DNA of 63,479 nucleotides, filler included, from Eubacteriales bacterium (GTDB lineage Bacteria; Bacillota; Clostridia; Oscillospirales; CAG-382): NCBI GenBank assembly GCA_045636665.1. It is 10 parts of 10 records of this genome, joined end to end, with 100 filler letters (N's around TTAATTAATTAA, not from the genome) between each part and the next. Parts side by side here need not be neighbours in the genome. Positions count along the whole stretch, not along the records: positions 58,093 to 63,479 come from JAZTXY010000056.1; 9 more parts are not named here. One strand, 5' to 3'. Shown piece by piece: positions 60,797 to 63,479 of this stretch (position 1 is its first letter; each line of letters starts with the position of its first letter). The notes under the pieces were generated by a model. It saw only the letters and a program-made list of their open reading frames with translations, ran no database searches and was not told where the DNA came from. The position numbers and the translations under genes were made by a program.

Positions 60797-60981
60797 TTCT
60801 GCCTTTTGTTGCTTGTATTATAAATAAAAGGCGTTGGTTTGTAAAGAGAAATCCGCCATTGTTTACAGTTTGTTTACCTTGTGTCGATTTTTAACGAAGG
60901 CTCATAAACTTTAAACGAAAGGCATTTTTGCGCCTTTAATCAACGCGTGCAAAACGCAAAACAAAAAGGAAGGAAAGATTT

Positions 60982-61206
60982 ATGAAACCGAATGAATACG
61001 GGCTTTTTTGTATGGACCAAGCTCCCGAAATGCCCGAAATTATGCCCGAAAGCACTTTTCCGGCAAAGGTATCGCTTGCGATGATGTACGTTCCCTATCA
61101 ACGCTTCGAACGACTTTACGACGAGGAAAAGGCGCTAACTCGCGGTACGCTTTTCGAGGAGCTCGATTTGCCCTTTTACGGCGGAAAGAGAGGTAATTTG
61201 AAATGA
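60982..61206 (+). CDS. cotJA: Spore coat protein CotJA
   Basis: LAMMYVPYQ..LY..ALTRGTLFEELDLPF. Confidence 0.9.
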   Translation: MKPNEYGLFCMDQAPEMPEIMPESTFPAKVSLAMMYVPYQRFERLYDEEKALTRGTLFEELDLPFYGGKRGNLK

Positions 61207-61460
61207 ACGACAACCGCAAAGAAACACTTATGAGAAAAATCCAGATGTACGCCTTTACCGCACACGAATGTGCGCTTTATCTCGACTGCCACCCCAACAA
61301 CAAGCAGGCGCTTAGCCGTTATTCCAAGGCAATCAAGGCGAAAAACGAGGCGGTCGCGCAGTACGAGGGCCTTTACGGTCCGATCACCGTCCAATCCGCA
61401 GGCGGAAATGATTGGAACTGGGTCAAGGGCGCATGGCCTTGGCAAAACAAGGAGGACTGA
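61203..61460 (+). CDS. cotJB: Spore coat protein CotJB
   Basis: LYLDCHP, YGPIT, WNWVKGAWPWQ. Confidence 0.92.
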   Translation: MNDNRKETLMRKIQMYAFTAHECALYLDCHPNNKQALSRYSKAIKAKNEAVAQYEGLYGPITVQSAGGNDWNWVKGAWPWQNKED

Positions 61461-61463
61461 CCT

Positions 61464-61657
61464 ATGTGGAGCTATGAGAAAAAACTTCAATATCCCGTTA
61501 ATATAAAAAACCCCAACCCCAAGCTTGCAAAGCTTATCATCACCCAATTTGGCGGCCCCGACGGTGAGCTCGGCGCGGCAATGCGCTACCTTTCCCAACG
61601 CTACACGATGCCCTATAACGAGGCAATCGGCATCCTTACCGACGTCGGTATAGAGGA
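61464..61657 (+). pseudogene. cotJC: CotJC (Mn catalase family), 5-prime part, interrupted by an inserted element
   Basis: MWSYEKKLQYPV..GGPDGELGAAMRYLSQR..LTDVG; the expected TEE.AH.E is replaced by unrelated sequence and the frame stops at 61754. Confidence 0.85.
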
Positions 61658-61860
61658 TAATTATTGTGCATTATGTGAGGTGGCGAAAGACTTACCCCTT
61701 TTACCCCTTCATACCCCGCCGTTGGACAAGCCCTCAACGGCGGTTTTTCGTTGATATATAAGGCTTATTTAGGTTTTACCCCTTTACCCTTATTATCCAA
61801 AAAAGAAAAAGCAGGGCATATATCCCTGCTTTCTGTTCGTTATACTTGGAATTTATTCAG

Positions 61861-62337
61861 TCACTCAATTTCTGTACGAATGGTAAATATATCAGGAAGA
61901 TTGAAAATATCCTTTTTCAAGAACAACGGATAAAAGTATTCATCCTTTAATCTGTCAAATGTTAACCATTCGAAAGTATGTGTACGATTACCTTCGTTTG
62001 CAGTGAATTTTGTGCCCTTTGTCAGTAAATCTGTGTCTGCTATATCCATTAAGAAATAGATGCACAGTTCGTGGTAATGGAGATTATCAACATCTTCCGT
62101 AAAGAATGCTTGATTCAACCAAAGTGGGCGGATAATCTTGGGTGTAATTCCTAATTCTTCTTGAACCTCTCTAATGACGGCATTTTCTGCCGTTTCACCA
62201 ATTTCAACTCTGCCGCCAGGCAAATAGTAGTACGGTGACCGTTCATCGTGCATTGCTAAGATTTTACCCTCGGAAATCATTATCGCACACACTCTGTAGT
62301 TAAATTTCTCATTGCCTGATTTGAAAGAAATATCCAT
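61861..62337 (-). CDS. NUDIX hydrolase
   Basis: PGGRVEIGETAENAVIREVQEELG Nudix box. Confidence 0.92.
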   Translation of the reverse strand: MDISFKSGNEKFNYRVCAIMISEGKILAMHDERSPYYYLPGGRVEIGETAENAVIREVQEELGITPKIIRPLWLNQAFFTEDVDNLHYHELCIYFLMDIADTDLLTKGTKFTANEGNRTHTFEWLTFDRLKDEYFYPLFLKKDIFNLPDIFTIRTEIE

Positions 62338-62375
62338 TTGAATTACACCTCCACAAATTGGAATCTATCAACTAA

Positions 62376-62981
62376 TTAAGTTGTCAAAAAGTCTATTTTA
62401 TTTTCTATCTCAAACTCCATTGTATCTGTGTTCAAGACATGAACGCTACAATTACCTGTTTTGAATGCACTACCTTTGTTGTTCCATTCAATTCCCTTTA
62501 CCAAATGATATACAACATTAATCACACCGCTGTGTGTAACAATCAAAATATTACCTTTTGCTTTATGGCAATTGGAAGATAACTCCGAAAACCACTTCCT
62601 TATTCGTATATAGAAGTCGTTAGGACTTTCCCCGTTGGGATAAGCCTCATCCATGTTCAATGAACTAAAAAACAACCCTGGATATTGCTCGAGAGCGGTA
62701 GTGTTTAGCATTCCTGCTAAATCTCCATTATTTGTTTCCCTTATCTGAAATTCCTTTTGGATAGGTAAACCTAATTCACAAGATATGATGTTTGCTGTGG
62801 TTAGAGCTCTAGTCAAGTCGCTTGAAACAATATGTGTAATTTGGTAGGTATGGTTGTTATCTTTAAGGTGTTTTGCAAGTTGCTTCGCCTGCTCCACTCC
62901 CTCGGGAATTAAGTCCAACGTGCTCCAACCACCACGATATCTATCATCATCTTTTCCGTGTCGGACAAAAATCAACTTCAC
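62376..62981 (-). CDS. Histidine phosphatase (phosphoglycerate mutase-like)
   Basis: VRHG, SSDLTRA, PNGES, VTHSG; GTG start. Confidence 0.9.
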   Translation of the reverse strand: MKLIFVRHGKDDDRYRGGWSTLDLIPEGVEQAKQLAKHLKDNNHTYQITHIVSSDLTRALTTANIISCELGLPIQKEFQIRETNNGDLAGMLNTTALEQYPGLFFSSLNMDEAYPNGESPNDFYIRIRKWFSELSSNCHKAKGNILIVTHSGVINVVYHLVKGIEWNNKGSAFKTGNCSVHVLNTDTMEFEIENKIDFLTT

Positions 62982-63016
62982 TTTAACCACCCCACAATAC
63001 ATGTTTATAGGACAGT

Positions 63017-63045
63017 ATTATATCAGAAGAATGTGAATTTTTCAA
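63017..63045 (-). promoter_or_regulatory. Strong sigmaA promoter driving the cargo genes
   Basis: TTGAAA-17 nt-TATAAT with TG extension, overlapping the upstream stop codon. Confidence 0.7.
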
Positions 63046-63290
63046 TCACCGAGAATCAACTCAGCCAAGGCACTAAAAAAGTAGTCGGGAGGAAACTGCT
63101 CTGGGTGCCTCATGCGTTCGTATTCTCGTTGTTGGTATTTGCGATATACCTTCAAAATTGCTTTTTGCTGGGCAATTTCTTTCGGTGTGGGTTTTGGTGT
63201 AGGTTCGGCGGTATCTGCCTGCACCGTGGGAGGGGGCTGCAAGGACAGTAATTCGTTAAAGTCCGTAAGGTCTATTTTATCATTGCTCAT
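63042..63290 (-). CDS. Hypothetical protein of the element
   Basis: 82-aa ORF starting MSNDKIDL, 4 nt after the upstream stop. Confidence 0.55.
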   Translation of the reverse strand: MSNDKIDLTDFNELLSLQPPPTVQADTAEPTPKPTPKEIAQQKAILKVYRKYQQREYERMRHPEQFPPDYFFSALAELILGD

Positions 63291-63294
63291 TCTC

Positions 63295-63477
63295 TCACAA
63301 CCTTTCCTCGCCCTGTTGGTGGTTAATGCTTCGCTGATATTCTGCGAACTGTTCCTTTTGCCCCGTGCGGACAATGTATTGTGCCATCTCTGCCGACAGT
63401 TTCAAACCACTACCTTGGAACTTTTCTTTGAGTGTGGCGTATTCCTCTGCCAGTTTCTGTGCCTTGAACTTCAAAAT
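63295..63477 (-). CDS. C-terminal fragment of an element protein, possibly a mobilisation protein
   Basis: Open frame ILKFKAQKLAEEYATLKEKF...QRSINHQQGEERL*; helical. Confidence 0.4.
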   Translation of the reverse strand: MLKFKAQKLAEEYATLKEKFQGSGLKLSAEMAQYIVRTGQKEQFAEYQRSINHQQGEERL

Positions 63478-63479
63478 AT

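Larger units (their letters stand above)
61650..63479. mobile_element. Integrated element inside cotJC, continuing beyond the window
   Basis: Abrupt loss of cotJC homology, AT-richer DNA, opposite-strand cargo genes, repeats next to the junction. Confidence 0.7.

Noticed and set aside
61658..61933. C-terminal part of the 96-aa cotJC ORF and the 60-aa ORF at 61751
   Set aside because: Read-through into non-coding element DNA made of repeats and hairpins.
1..63479. tRNA, rRNA, T-box or known riboswitch
   Set aside because: None recognised by eye; a covariance-model scan would be needed to exclude them.

Overview
Ten contig fragments joined by nine artificial 100-nt N/TTAATTAATTAA/N spacers, so adjacency across a spacer means nothing. 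The content fits a spore-forming Clostridia-class Firmicute (inferred from spoVD/ftsI, cotJABC, CotH-dockerin and the mraZ and str clusters). Most of it is housekeeping: murB, alr, nnrD, prmC, dprA-topA-plsX-rnc-smc, uraA-upp, argG-argH, hisS-aspS, deoB-pdp, mraZ-rsmH-ftsL-ftsI/spoVD and rpoC-rpsL-rpsG-fusA. Best leads: (1) cotJC is cut just before its first Mn-ligand motif by an AT-richer inserted element, a candidate sporulation-excised element. Its cargo genes sit behind one strong promoter and are separated by short related ~16-bp sites, like gene cassettes. (2) An accessory stretch of hairpin-promoter-gene modules carries a stand-alone HEPN-motif protein, a membrane-anchored BECR-like RNase candidate and a DUF5714-ArsC fusion. 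(3) An unannotated 21-aa leader ORF and hairpin leader precede an XRE regulator with palindromic operators. Smaller leads: an orphan MazF, an MgsA lacking catalytic residues behind a solo MinD, a nested REP-like mosaic, and a 16-aa duplication in RpoC. All family calls come from motif recognition by eye; no searches were run.
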